From contig MU058531.1 of assembly GCA_013265495.1 (NCBI GenBank), positions 62,001-126,000 of the forward strand: DNA of 64,000 bases. The letters run 5' to 3'. Made by a program: the position numbers and the translations under genes. How positions within the stretch are numbered: the first letter of the stretch is position 1; the number at the start of each line of letters is the position of its first letter. Source of the DNA: Vicugna vicugna (Eukaryota). The notes under the pieces were generated by a model. It was not told the DNA's origin. It saw only the letters and a program-made list of their open reading frames with translations, and ran no database searches. Positions 38,619 to 51,397 of the stretch are shown piece by piece.

Positions 38619-39206
38619 TATAATAACTTAAATGGAGTACAACCTTTAAAAATTGTGAATCACTATGCTGTACACCTGAAACATATAATATTGTACATCA
38701 ACTATGTCTCAATTTTTAAAAATTTAAAAAAAAAAAAAAGAATGACAGGGAAAGCCTGACACCCAACAGCAGAGTCATTTCACCAGTTAGATGCTTGACA
38801 CCAAGGCTCCCCCAGGTCAGAAGAGACCTGATTGACCCATCTATCGTCAGGGAAAGGCTGTATATTAAACTCAGCAATTCAAAACACACTTAAGGGGGCA
38901 CAGGTGTGTTTGTGGGAACGGCTTGCCGTGGGAAAGGCCACACACCCCTGTGTGACAGTAACCCTTCTTCCACTGGCACAGCCTTCGATTCCCATCAACT
39001 TTCTCCCTCTCACCCAGACAAGGGTGGGAACAGAAGAGCTGATCATATTCTCATCCACGAAAGGGGAAAAGAATAGTGAGGGTTCCTTTCAGAACTTCTG
39101 AACCAGGAAGAAGTATTATCGCATCAGCCACCACAACTAACTTCTGGATTTCACCACCTCTGCCACGCAGGCTCAAATTAACCGTTTGGCACAACAGGCT
39201 CAGTAC

Positions 39207-39709
39207 TGTCGACTGAAATAAAATGCACAACCTAGAAGCTGAGAGTTAGCTTTTACTTGGTGGACACTGCTGAGGACTTAAGCCCGGGATGACAGCCTCT
39301 CAGATTGCTCTGAGGCACTGCTCTGAAGTGGCAAGGCAGGAGCCATGGTGTGTGAGTTTTTGCAATGAAGACCAGGTAGTTGGAACATCAAAAGATTACT
39401 GTTTAAATTAAAAACAGGTGTCTCAAGTTAAGGAAGTTAGTGATTTTATGTATGGGAAGGTGCAAAGGTCTGGGTTCCTTGAAATCATTCCTTGGATACA
39501 CATCTAGCTGTCTAGGACCAGGATCCTGTTCTTTCACATGCCGAGTGTCCTCACGGTGCACCATTGGGGGTGGCTGCAGAGGCTGGGCTGGCTGCTTGTC
39601 TGCAAGCCGAGTTCCCTCCGCTCACTGTTGGGGGGTGACGGTAGCTGATGACTTGATGGCTACGGCATTTCTTGTTTACTAATATGGCTAGCAATATTTT
39701 TCTTTCACA
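39207..39709 (-). mobile_element. Solo ERV LTR (ERV1-like)
   Basis: 503 bp bounded by TG...CA with 4-bp TSD GTAC (39203-39206, 39710-39713); resembles artiodactyl ERV LTRs; orientation inferred. Confidence 0.75.
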
Positions 39710-40713
39710 GTACCTATAATATTTTTAGGCAATCAAGAAAATATTGCAATTTTTTTTAAATCGGAAGAAAACATCTGAATTTTCAGGTCAAAGAAATGCT
39801 GCAATACATTCATCTTTATACCAACAGAGTCATAAAATATAATTGTTATTTCTTTCTTTTTTTGGAGCAAGGGGCCCACAAAAGCAAAAGTGACTGAGTT
39901 AAGTGACAAAAGTTAGTCTCTGTTACATTTTGCTCTACATACAATCCCAGATTAGAATTAACATATCTGACCACAGTCTACTTTGCATTTGCAGTTTGAA
40001 CTGGATCTCTAGGTTGTGTTTACAATTGTATTTCTTAGAGCAACTGCCATTTTATTATTTTATGCAACTCAATTTTAAAGTCAAATGTTTCAATTGTATT
40101 TATTTTTGAGAACAACTGGCTGCATTCAACCTCATTGTTTCTCAAATTTGCCTCATCATGAAAACCACCTAAGGCACTTGTTAAAAATACAGAATCCCAG
40201 GTCATTGCTGGGAGAGTCCAATGCAGTGGGACTGGAGAAAATGTTTTCAACGAGGGGCCTCTGGAATTCTCATGTGTCAAGTTCAGAACCACTGTGCTCG
40301 CCCACTGTGCTAGTCAAATGGAAATGAATGCTCTAAGTAGCTAGACCGCAACTTGAAAGTGAGAATCAGAGTTTGAATGAGCTGCCCTTCCTTGTAACTG
40401 CCAGGGCACTCAGGCTGCCAGCTGAGGGCAATGCACGCTAATGACCCGGCAGAAATCCGTGTTCCCAGCGGGGACGTGAAAACATCTAATTGCTTGTTAA
40501 TGAAATTATTTATGGACACTTTAAAACATGACTGCCACAGGTGACCTCCATATTTTAAATACAGCTTCTGAAGTTTCCGGTCATCATCCATCCATGACTA
40601 AACCCCATGGATAGGAGTCTAAAAACAATCCACATATAATTAAATTTCACCCGTGCTCTCCACTGTCCCAGTGACTCCCATTTTAAAGGTAACCACACAT
40701 TTTCCATAAAGAA

Positions 40714-40945
40714 GGGAGTTCAGGATTTGCAGATACTAAGTACTATTTATAAAATAGATAAACAACAAGGTCCTGCTGTATAGCACAGGGAACTATATTC
40801 AATACCCCGTAATAGCCTATAATGAAAGAGAACATGAGAAGGAATATATATATATGTACACACACACGTAACTGAATCACTATGCTGTACACTAGAAATT
40901 AACACAACATTGTAAACTGACTATACTTCAATTAAAAAAAAAAAG
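40714..40945 (+). mobile_element. L1 3' end
   Basis: GATTTGCAGATAC...AACAACAAGGTCCTGCTGTATAGCACAGGGAACTATATTCAATA...CTGACTATACTTCAATT plus poly(A). Confidence 0.88.
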
Positions 40946-42620
40946 AAGTTTGCAGTGGCAACAGCACTGATGTATTAAGGTCTTTTAGGTCAGGCAGGCA
41001 GACTTTTGATTTGCAACCCATGACACAGACAACCACATGAAATCAGAAGAACAAACAGAAACACCGACAGAAAAGCTATGTTACTTCTTTTTTTTTTAAG
41101 GTTAGGATTTGGGAGGAAAAAAAGGTCTTGCAGGGCGCCATTCTGGTGGCACCAGTAAACGTATTCTTAGCTTGGATCTGGGCCAAGAACAAGCAGGGCC
41201 CAGTTGGACACTGACATGAGGGGACCTGAAACATCAAACCCATGGGGTTAAAACAAAAACATTTCCTTGTGTCTTTTCCCGAAGTCCCTGAGAAGCTCAA
41301 TGAGATGCAGTTTCCTAAGGTCCCGGAGCCTCTCCACTCCACCTTCTTAGGAGAGAAATCAGAGCAGACAGAGGGCTGGCATTCCAGGGACCACCGAGCT
41401 CATCTTCTCTCCATCACCCCTGCAGTCAAGCCCTGTATTTCTGTCTCTGGCCTTAAGTAGGGGAAATGATGGGCAGATGAAATTTGTTTCCCATTCTACA
41501 GTAATTTCTCAGACTGAGCAGGTGGGAGGAAAACACAGTTACAGACAGCCTCGGTCATCATCCTAATTTCTCATGAAGAAGCTGCCTGTCCCACCCAACC
41601 TAGAGGTAACAGAAGGTGTGTATCAACCTTCCATGTGGTCTTCACCTTTAATGAAACCACCTTACTCATCAGAAATACAGTCCCCGGACTAAAAAGAATC
41701 CATAGTTTTGACTCTGCAGAGATGTGCCAAGGGGACACACGTACAGTGCACCTACCTCTTTGACTATCTCCACTGCGATCATTTCAGCCACCAGAGCTGA
41801 TCACAGTGTCCACCCAGGAATGGTCCTTCCAGCTACCTAATGCCCTGCCCTGAGGCTCAAGGTGGTAATCTCATTACCTGCTTAAACAAATCCCAGTTTA
41901 AACCACCAAGAGGTTTAGCTTTCTGTCTTGACAAGCCACCAGAGCATGCTTACTTACTCCAGGGATGCTATTGACAATTTAATACCAGGGAGTGGTTAAT
42001 TAAAGAGGCTTCGGGGAGAACAGCATTGCTAGGCGGCACTGCAGGGCAGAACAATAGCGCTACCAGAAATGGGCTCTGTCCATTTATCTTTGCTCGACTG
42101 CAAAAGCCCAGCAAATCCTTCAAGTCATGCTGGGTGGGGAATGAGAAAAGATGTGCCGACTGCTCACATGGCAATGCAAGCTGAAATAAAGAGGAAGTAA
42201 CAAGCTACATGCTTATGCACCCATTGATTCATTGTTTGTTATTTTGTTCCTGGACAGTGTGAGGCTGTGGCACCGAGTCAGGACGTGGCAATTAACCTGC
42301 CCACCGGCACTTACATTCTAGTCTGCAAGGACTGATCGCTAATCAAGACAGTCTGGAAAGAAGGAATGAAAACTCAGCTATGTGTGAAATCCACACTGTC
42401 TAGTATGAGATGGCACTTAACTAAAACAATCCTTTAATATTTACAAATGGTAGCAGCTCTGTGCAAGGTTCCCTCTTCAGCACAGTGACTACCACAAAGT
42501 AAAGCGTGACACTTCCTGGCCATTCAGAACCTTATAATTAAACTGGAGATGATGCTGGAACCTACAAAAAGTTTAAAAATCACAGGATGTTAGTGCTAGA
42601 GGGACTTAAGAGCTCTTTAA

Positions 42621-43360
42621 GGGAAATGCACATCAAAGCCACAATGAAGCACTACCTCAAACCCACCAGGATGGCTATAATTTTAAAAAATGGAAAATAA
42701 CAAGTGTTGGTGAGGATGTGGAGAAACTGGAGCACTTACACACCGCTGGTCAGGATATAAAAAAGTACAATCTCTTTGGAAGACATTCTGGCAGTTCTGC
42801 AAGAGGTTAGACACAAGTTAGTACATGCTCTAGCAAGTCCACTCCTGGGTAGTAGGAGGTCCATGCTTGGGTCTACCCAAGAGAAATGAAAACACATGCC
42901 CACACAAACTTTTACTGTTCAGAGTGGCATTACTCATAATAGGCAAAAAGTAGAAACAATCCAAATGTCCATCAACTGATGCATGGATAAATAACATGTA
43001 TCTCCATACAATGAAGTATTATTTGGCAAGAAAAAGGAATGAAGTATTGATACATACTAAGACATGGATAAGCCTTGAAAACACTATGCTAAGTAAAAAG
43101 AGCCAATCACAAAAGACCATATATTATATGATTCCACTTTTGTGAAAAATCCACACTAGGCAAGTCTACAGACAAAAAGATTAGTGGTTGTCTAGGGCTG
43201 GGAGTTGTGGGGGAACAGGGGAGTGACTGCTAATAAGGGGTGAGGAAGAATTCTAAACCTGATTGTGGTGATGGCTATACTCCATGAATATGCTAAAAAC
43301 CACTGAACTGTACACTTCAAATGAGTGAACTGTATGTGAATTATATTTCAATAAAGCAGA
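42621..43360 (+). mobile_element. L1MB-like 3' fragment
   Basis: GGGAAATGCACATCAAAGCCACAATG...CAAGTGTTGGTGAGGATGTGGAGAAACTGGA...TGTGAATTATATTTCAATAAAGC. Confidence 0.85.
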
Positions 43361-46030
43361 TTTTATAACATATATAAAGCTCTGGCCCAATCCCTTCATG
43401 TTATAGATAACTTTTAAAATAGAAATGCCAAATTATAATAGTTACTGAAGGAAATCTTTCCAAACTGCATGAGCCATTTTCTCATATTCTTAAAGAAAAT
43501 AGAAGAAAGTCTTAGTTCTTTCTCATGCCTTAGGGTCATCTGAGAATCAATTATTGTGCCTACTATATACTGATGCCCTCCAGAACCGCATAAACTTGTG
43601 CTTCCCAGGCTGCTACGGTCTGAGTTTCCTTCTGTCTCTAGTACAGCTTTCTGTGTCTTGCTTTTCAGCTAGTGCTGTTAATTTCTTAGCTGTTGTCAGT
43701 GTACTGCAATGTTTATCCTGAACCTGCTATGTATAAATGCAGAGAAACCAGAAAATCAAGTCTGTTAAAGCTGTGACTTTGGTAAGAGTAAACAGACTCA
43801 GAGAGAGCACAGGAAGTACTCCAACTGTAAAATGCATAAGCATCTCCAATTTTATCTACTTTCCAACAATGATTTTGGTGGCTCAGAAGTGTCTGCTTCT
43901 TTCCAGGTTCTCAGCTGCCTTCTGGGTTATTGCTGCCAAGACACCAGAGTGATGATCACTGTGATTAGTAATAAATGTTATTTTTTTTACCATAACAAGT
44001 TTTATCAAAGGCACAGCTAGATATAATATCTAATTGGAAAAAGAAATTAAAACTTTGAAAATAAAAATATGAGTATTCAAAATACTTTATCTTATGCCCT
44101 TCTCTCTCCTTATGGTAAGATTTTCAAACTCTTCAGCATTGGAATTTTTTTTATTACATCTTAACGCTGGACCTCAGACATAAAAGAGATAAAAGCAACA
44201 TTATTCATTTACATTGGCTTATTTTATAAAACATATCACGTATTTAAGGTAAAGTTAACCAACGAGAACGATGCTGTTTTGCTGAACATAAAGGCTGGAA
44301 AATTGTCACTTACAGATAAGAGCTGCAGTTTCAGGAACTTCAGCATCCAATTTATTTCTGAACTGTGGATTACACAGTATGGAGAAAAGCTTCATTCACA
44401 GAGAGGAGGTGCAAATCCTGTCTTTGAACAGCTTTCCTTGCAATCTCAGGAGTTTCTTGAATCAAAACTGATTCAGTAGCTTGAAAAGATTTACTGAAAA
44501 TGTTTCACAAAAGAGCTGAACACTAAAAATATCTAAACTCCTCAGTTTGCTTGTAATGAATACAAATATCAAACAAAAAGCATCTAAACCTTAAGATAAG
44601 TGCTAAAACTCTAGGACAACATTGTCAGGACTTGACAGGTTACCCACTTATTTGTTATTACATAACTGACCTAAGCCAGAGTGAGAGCCTTTGCCAAGCA
44701 AATGTGCCTAAGTGTTGCCCAAAATTTAACTGAGAATGGTATATGTGTGCAGAAGTGGTATACTAGCTTGTTCAAATTTATGTGGACATATATGCACAAG
44801 CTAAACTTTTGAAAATACTTCAGAGCCACAAACTTGTCAATTAATGATCTGTTTATAAGAATTCAGAAGAAGCTTATTCCAGGGCCTAAAAAAAAAATAA
44901 GTTAAGCCAGCAACAATATTGTACCAAGGAACCTTAAAGGCTGACTATGTGACAGGTGCTGAGCTAGGGGCTTCACACGCAACATTTAATTCTCATTGCC
45001 CAATGAGGTAGGCAATATTATGCCCATTTTATAGATGATCAAACTAAGGCTCAGAGAAGTTAAGGAACCCACTCAAACACTGGTTAGGCGGTCTCCAGCT
45101 TTTTAACTACAGCTTTTTAAGTAGATAAAAATATTTTTAAAGAAGCATTTTGGACAAAATATTTGGAGCCCCTGAAAGTTCTGTTCTGTATATAGATGAT
45201 GGATCACAAATATCCATGGACTGGAAAACAAAAGATCAAACCCAAACACCATTTTGTACACCATTACTTACACAACCAGCATAAAAACTGGTATTAGTGA
45301 TGTTCCCTAAATGATGAGATGATATTAAATGATACTCATTATTCCATCAAAGAAGGCAAGGGTGTATAAAATGCATTTGAAGCACCTCTTCATAAAACTG
45401 AAAAAAAACCACAAAACTGACAAAAGTAAGCCAGTTCTGGCAGTTAAACAGTTAAGAATTCACTGATGTTTAACTGGTTTGATCCCTAGGAATGGTCAAC
45501 AAACAAGAGTGATACTAGAGAGATAAAGGATCCTTTTCTTTGTTCTTGGGGTTAACTTGAAATACAGGGTCATGGGTAGAGAGACTGCCTGGAATCTTGA
45601 ATCTCATAAATTTCAGCAATATCCCTCCTGGTTCAACCCTGAATCCAGCACCTCCAGATTCCCAGGTCTGAGCACAGACCTACATCCTGACTGTCTTCAG
45701 GATGAGTGCTAGCTTGCCTACTCTCACCCTAATGATTCCAGATGAAAGAAGAGGGGTGTTATTCCTAACTTCTCAATCTCAGGACAAACACTACATAGGA
45801 GATATCAGTCACTTCTTCCAGTGATTTGGGGGTGATCCCAAAGCACCTATTTGGGGGCACAGGATGATTTCATTCCACGAATGAGGTTTCAAATCTCAGA
45901 CCATGAAGAAATGGTTAAAAACTAATCCTAAACAAACAATAAAAGGTACTGTCAAAGGAATCCTCCAGGGCAACACAGTATCAGATTTTCATGCATCAGC
46001 AAAGAAGATGTAACAATTTAAACTGTGCTT

Positions 46031-46251
46031 AGATAACTGAATTTATTCATCTAATCGTGCCTCAGAAAATACTGTGGTCTCAACTGGATATAACACATTG
46101 TCCACATTTTCCAGCAAATAACATTATGGTTATGTTTCTGTGGTGAGATAACTGAAATTATTCACCTAATTGTGCCTCAGATATACTATGGTCTCGACTG
46201 GATGTAATACATAGTTCACTTTTTCAGCAAATAACATTACAGTTATGTTTC
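46031..46251. repeat. Diverged tandem duplication, two copies of about 107 bp, period about 115
   Basis: AGATAACTGA..TTATTCA.CTAAT.GTGCCTCAGA...CAGCAAATAACATTA..GTTATGTTTC at 46031-46138 and 46146-46251. Confidence 0.9.
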
Positions 46252-47126
46252 ATTAGAGAGTTCTCATCTTTTAGAAACACATATGAAAATATTTACTAAT
46301 GAAATGATGTGATATCTGAGATTTGTGTCAGTATCATCCAGTTTACGAGGGGAAGGTTTGCATATAACAGACAAAATAAGACTGGACATGAGCTGATCAT
46401 TACAGAGGCTGACTGATGAGTACTTCAGTTAGTTGTGCTACACACTGTAGTTCTGTATCATGTTTGAAATTTTACTAAATAACAAGATTTTTAGAAAAAA
46501 TTCTAACACTCTCCAAATATTCCTCAGGACAGTGAAAGGGTAAATGGAGCACACGGAGCTACTCTTGGAGTAAAATGCTAATAGTGGGGCAGTCCCTCTT
46601 TTGCCTCACAGATCCTGCTTTGGAACCAAACATACATACCAAGCTCCTTCTCTTGGCTGGGACAAACTTCAACCTGCCTGCCTTAACCAGAAATATGAAA
46701 TGAAGAAGTTCTGGCAACTCCACCCTGCTGTTTCAAGCAGCAATAAGTTACAAATCACACTAGAAAAGTATGAGGCTTACATGGGGCCAGATTCATATCT
46801 ATTTAAAGAAAAAATTAGGGTGTCCCCCAGTCCACAAGCCATGAGCATGTAACCCAGAATAATTCAAGTTTAACAGTGAATCATAAAATGAGTGCAAAGA
46901 AGCCCACTGCTACGATTTTCCTATAATTACTACTTTGGTACATATGTGTATCTACATATCTATACACATAAAGACACGTATGTTGTTTTCTTATCCTTTC
47001 CTTGGTTCCTGTGCTTTGTTGCTGTTATATTAGCACCTGTTTGTTCTACCTACTGGGTAATCCAGCTCTGAGCCCAACTGTTTTTTGAGGTAGGAATTTC
47101 AGAGGGAGAAAAGGAGGCAGATAATA

Positions 47127-47447
47127 CAGTCGTCCATCCATATTCAAGGGGGATTCGTCCCAGAACTCCAAACCCTCCCTGTCAGTGGACACCAGAATCT
47201 TTCGATGCTCACATCCTTTATATAAAATGGCCTATTATTTGCATATAACTTACACACATCCTCTCATATACTTTAAATCATCTCTAGATTACTTTTAATA
47301 CCTAATTACAATGTAAATGCTATGTAAATAATTGCCAGTGCATGGAAAATTCAACTTTTATATTTTGGAACTTCTTGGAATTTTTTTTCCAAATATTTTT
47401 GATCTGTGGTTGGATGCAGAATCTGCAGATCCAGAGGACTGACTCTG
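47127..47447 (+). mobile_element. MER2-like (Tigger family) DNA transposon
   Basis: TA-CAGTCGTCC ... GGACTGACTCTG-TA termini; internal ACTTTAAATCATCTCTAGATTACTT. Confidence 0.8.
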
Positions 47448-47684
47448 TAATATGATTCTAAATTCTACCCAAATACTACAGTGGGCTCTCAAATATTTGC
47501 AAATATTTTCTTTCCTGAGAATGACACTCATCCAACTTCTCATCTTCTGGCCTTCTCCTAGCAGAGGATATGGTGAGCTTTTTCTCCAATTCTCTGCTTC
47601 AAATGCTTTAATAATTTAGTTTGTATCACTGATGCTTTCGGAGACCTTTCTCTGAGTGACCTGTGACCTGTATTCCAGTCTGTG

Positions 47685-47870
47685 ATATCCTGGTAAATGT
47701 TTAACAACTGGATCTCTGAAAATAAAGCCCTGATTTTCAGCATTTGTCAATTTCCATGTGTAAATACACCCACTGTGGCCAATTTCAAGCTACCAACACA
47801 AGGACATTGAAAGCAGAGTTGGAAGTGACGTGTACAACCAGCCTGTAGGGGCCGGCTCCAGCACACTCCT
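47685..47870. mobile_element. MER63-like hAT element
   Basis: CTGGTAAATGTTTAACAAC...GGCCAATTTCAAGCTACCAAC...GCCGGCTCCAGCACAC; related to 21968-22165. Confidence 0.7.
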
Positions 47871-50074
47871 GGAACTCCTGGTTTGCCCAAGTTGGTCCTG
47901 GCATAATTACTAATGCTACCCTCTACCACTCTTAAGACTGCTGATGAAACATTATGTGGTCACTCCAAAGAATAAATCACACTTGGGCCACTTCCTCACA
48001 GTAGAAACCTTCTATAAAAAAACCTCTGCGGACTGGCTTCAGGGTACCTATTTCTATGGAAGAAATACTTCCACAAACATCAAAACTTTTCTTCCATAGG
48101 AGGAAACATTTCTATAAAAGGTAAGAAGATGTGATATCCTATCTCCTTGGCCAAACCGATATTACCTTCCTTCCCCTAAATACACAGCATCCCTTTAGAT
48201 GTTTTTCATCAAACGTAGGTAAGTTGGAGAAATATGAATGGTAAATAGCCTCAACGATGTTCAAGTCCTCTGACTCATACACAGTTTAATGACTCAAGGA
48301 ACTGCTGTATCATTTGAGTAAAATCAAACCACGTAACTGTTCAGGCTATACTACGGCTTGTTACCAATTGGTTTAGCACAGTGCTTTGCCCAAAGGAATA
48401 ATAACTAACTGGCCCTTGTGGGACCCATGGGGACTATTAACTCTCAGGGTTCAAGATCACCCAGGTCAGTCCTTACCTGATCTCCTTTATATCAACCCAA
48501 AGAAGCCACCCTGCAGCCTAAGTTTTAAAAACTTCTTTCAACTCAATACAACCTGTACTGAATCACATGGGTGATGGAGTCTGACAGGTGAGAATGTGGC
48601 TCTTGGTTTTTCAGAAGGTGGGTCAGGGAAAAGTTAAAATAAAATAGCTATCTTTAAATATCTAATGAGCTGTCATGCAGTAGATAGATTAGCTATATTG
48701 GAATGCAGAGTAGAAATTAGCAGATTCTGACTTAGCGTAAGGAAGGATATCTAACATCACCACCCATAATTTTTATTAAGTGCTTATGTTCTGACAGAAG
48801 ACTCACCGGACTGCTGACCCATACTGAGTTTCAAGGCAACTGCGTCTTTCCCTGCCTTGGACCGCCTATCTCAGGCTGTAAAGGACTTATTGTCCAGAAG
48901 CCCCAGAGGACTCCTAGTAACTGGCACTGCCCAGGATGGCCCCAGCTCACAGAGGTTCACGCAGGTCCAGACTGTCTTGAGCCGCTATCTAAAGCCCCGT
49001 GGCCTCCAATTCAGCGTAGAGTCAAGGTCAGGCACACCAGGTTCACACGCTGCTCTTGCAGGCAACAAGCATCCAGAAATATTCATCTCATCATCTGCCA
49101 GAACGAAGTTTGCTGGGCTGAGGGTTAAAAAGAAGGTTCGAGAACTCGATACAGCTGTTCTGAATTCTGAAGCCTTGTTCAACTCATGCAGCTTTTTATA
49201 ACGGAAACGTGTTCCCTTTCCTAATCTTTCCTACTGCTCTCTTGTGTCTATCTGCCTCACTCAAGGGCTGAGATATCAAACAGGAAAGATCAAAGGAAGA
49301 TACTTCCTCTTTTAAAAATAACTTTGTCCTGACACTAGATGAGCAGTGAAATAAATCACAGTCTTCTTATTCGCAAAGTTGCCAACATCACTCTCAGGCG
49401 GGGCACGCTTGTACTCAGTCTCAGGAGTTGCAATGGAGCAAGCTATGAAAGTGACAAGGAGGTCAAGATGTGACACAGGCCATGTGTTCTGCTTCTAGAA
49501 ACCTCAGAGGGAAGCTGGGAAGCTTCCATTCAGGACGTGATGTCAGATCGGGCAGGGTATCCACCCTGAAACCCAGTCCCCAGTTCTCAGTCGAGGATGA
49601 AAATCCTGAGATTTTAGAAAGTTTAAAAAGCCCTTATGACTTAATAACAGCAAAAGTATTAACATTAACTACTCTTTACTAGTAGTAGCCAGTATTAATA
49701 GTAAAATATCTTTTATTATGCATATACCAGAGGGCATTCTACTCTAGACTTTATCTACATTTTCCACATTTGGTTCTCACAACTGGTAAAATGAACACCA
49801 TTATTTCTAGTCAATATACCGAGCCTCTGAGAAGTTAAGCATCTCACCTGAGGCTACACTGTTAGTAAGTAGAAGAATGAGGATCTGAATCCAGATCTGG
49901 CGGCTCCAAAGCTGCTACCGAACACAACCCACACTTCCTGGGAATTCACCATGGTCCTAAGTCTGGTCCCCTGGCCCAGCAGAGTCAAAATCTGAACTCA
50001 GATAGTTTTCCCCCCGAGTCCTAGAGCCCTCTCTCTGTTTATTCACCTGCAGAAGGAAGATCATGATAGTATCT

Positions 50075-50365
50075 GTCTCAGGCCATTCAGGCTGCTATCA
50101 CAGAAATATTCAAGGCTGGGTGGCTTAAAAAAAACAGGAATTTATTTCTTACAGCTCTGGAATTCAAGATCAAGGCATTCGCAGTTTTGGTGTCTGGTGA
50201 AAGTCTGCTTCCTAGATGGCTTTTTGCTGTAACCTCTAGAGAACTCTCTGGGCTCACCCTCATGACCTAATCACCTCTCAAATGTCCCATCTCTTAATAC
50301 TATTACCTTGGGGGTTAGGATTTCAATACACGACTTTTGGGGGACAGAATACATCAATATATAGC
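50075..50365 (-). mobile_element. MaLR LTR (MLT1A/MST-like)
   Basis: CAGGCTGCTATCACAGAAATA...GGCTGGGTGGCTTAAA..GAATTTATTTCTTACAGCTCTGG...CATGACCTAATCACCTC..GGGGTTAGGATTTCAA. Confidence 0.75.
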
Positions 50366-50418
50366 AGTACCTATCTCACAGGATGCTGGAGGAGATAATC
50401 TATGTATATAGTGTTTAG

Positions 50419-50568
50419 GGGGGAGGGTATAGCTCAACGGTTAGAGTGCTTGCTTAGCATGCACAGGGTCCTGGGTTCAATCCCAAGTACCTCCATTAAA
50501 ATAATTAACCAACTAAATAATTATCTCCCTCTCCCCGTCAAAAAACCCCAAACAAAATTTAAAAATTA
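50419..50568 (+). mobile_element. tRNA-derived SINE (Vic-1-like)
   Basis: GGGGAGGGTATAGCTCAACGGTTAGAGTGCTTGCTTAGCATGCACAGGGTCCTGGGTTCAATCCC; TSD AGTG(T/C)TTAG. Confidence 0.9.
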
Positions 50569-51373
50569 AGTGCTTAGTTTCCTGGCAACATTAAATGTCC
50601 CTTAGTGTTGAATACTGTTAACTTCCACACACACATGAATGAGCTTTTTGCCAAAGGTGTACAGATTGCATCCACTTACCTTTTCTACACATTTTACAGA
50701 ACACACTTCTTTTCCCCCAAATAATATGCTTATTGTGCCATAAAAGAAAGCCAGCTAGCTGGCAATGGAGTTAGACTTGGTTTTGAATTCTAGCCCTGTC
50801 ATTCACTGTCTTCAGGTGGGTTGCTTCACTTCTAAGCCTTTCTTTCCCCATCTGTAAAATGGAGCGTGGGAGTAGTAATCGCATGCTTTTGTAAAAACAT
50901 GTACAGAGCAATGGGGCACAAAGCTGTTGCTCAATATGGCTACGCTAATTACTCAAAGTGATTAAGTACTCACTATTGTCACGCGACTTTTCACTCTTTC
51001 TGAACTATAGAGGAATCTGTTAGAGGGCCAGATCATAATTTTGATGTAACTGCCTCTAAAAATAACAATCTCTCACCCCTTGGAATCTTCAGCTGCTTTC
51101 AAATATATTCCCAAGGAGAAAACACAGACACACATGTGTGATTAGCCAACTCTAAGTATCTAAAAGATGTCATAAATTAAGTAATGAGATACCAAACTTG
51201 ACAGCTGCACTATCTACAGAAAAGGTCTACTTAGAAATTCTGTGCGCCATAGCTGATAGAGAATATTGTCAGTTCAAGGTGAACAGTGGCCTACATAGTA
51301 AAGCTAAAGCACCTAATTAAGTATAATGGAAGTCAAACCTTGATTGATTTTCCTGGTAATTGGTTTGTATTAA

Positions 51374-51397
51374 CACACACACACACACACACACACA
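51374..51397. repeat. (AC)n microsatellite
   Basis: Uninterrupted AC run. Confidence 0.95.

Larger units (their letters stand above)
35586..38737 (+). mobile_element. L1 with 5' UTR fused to 3' half of ORF2 and 3' UTR (large internal deletion)
   Basis: Starts ...CCAAGATGGC; a GC-rich 5' UTR runs to about 36465, then ORF2 RT region from AGACAAGGATGCCCACTC. Poly(A) tail at about 38720-38739; perfect TSD AAGAATGACAG at 35575-35585 and 38738-38748. Confidence 0.9.

Noticed and set aside
41133..41150. CTCF-like motif GCGCCATTCTGGTGGC
   Set aside because: One extra base in the core spacing relative to the consensus; not supportable without ChIP data.
50419..50495. tRNA-like sequences with A and B boxes (also the other eight copies)
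   Set aside because: Each is diverged and A-tailed, and those not cut by the window edge have target-site duplications, so they are SINEs rather than tRNA genes.
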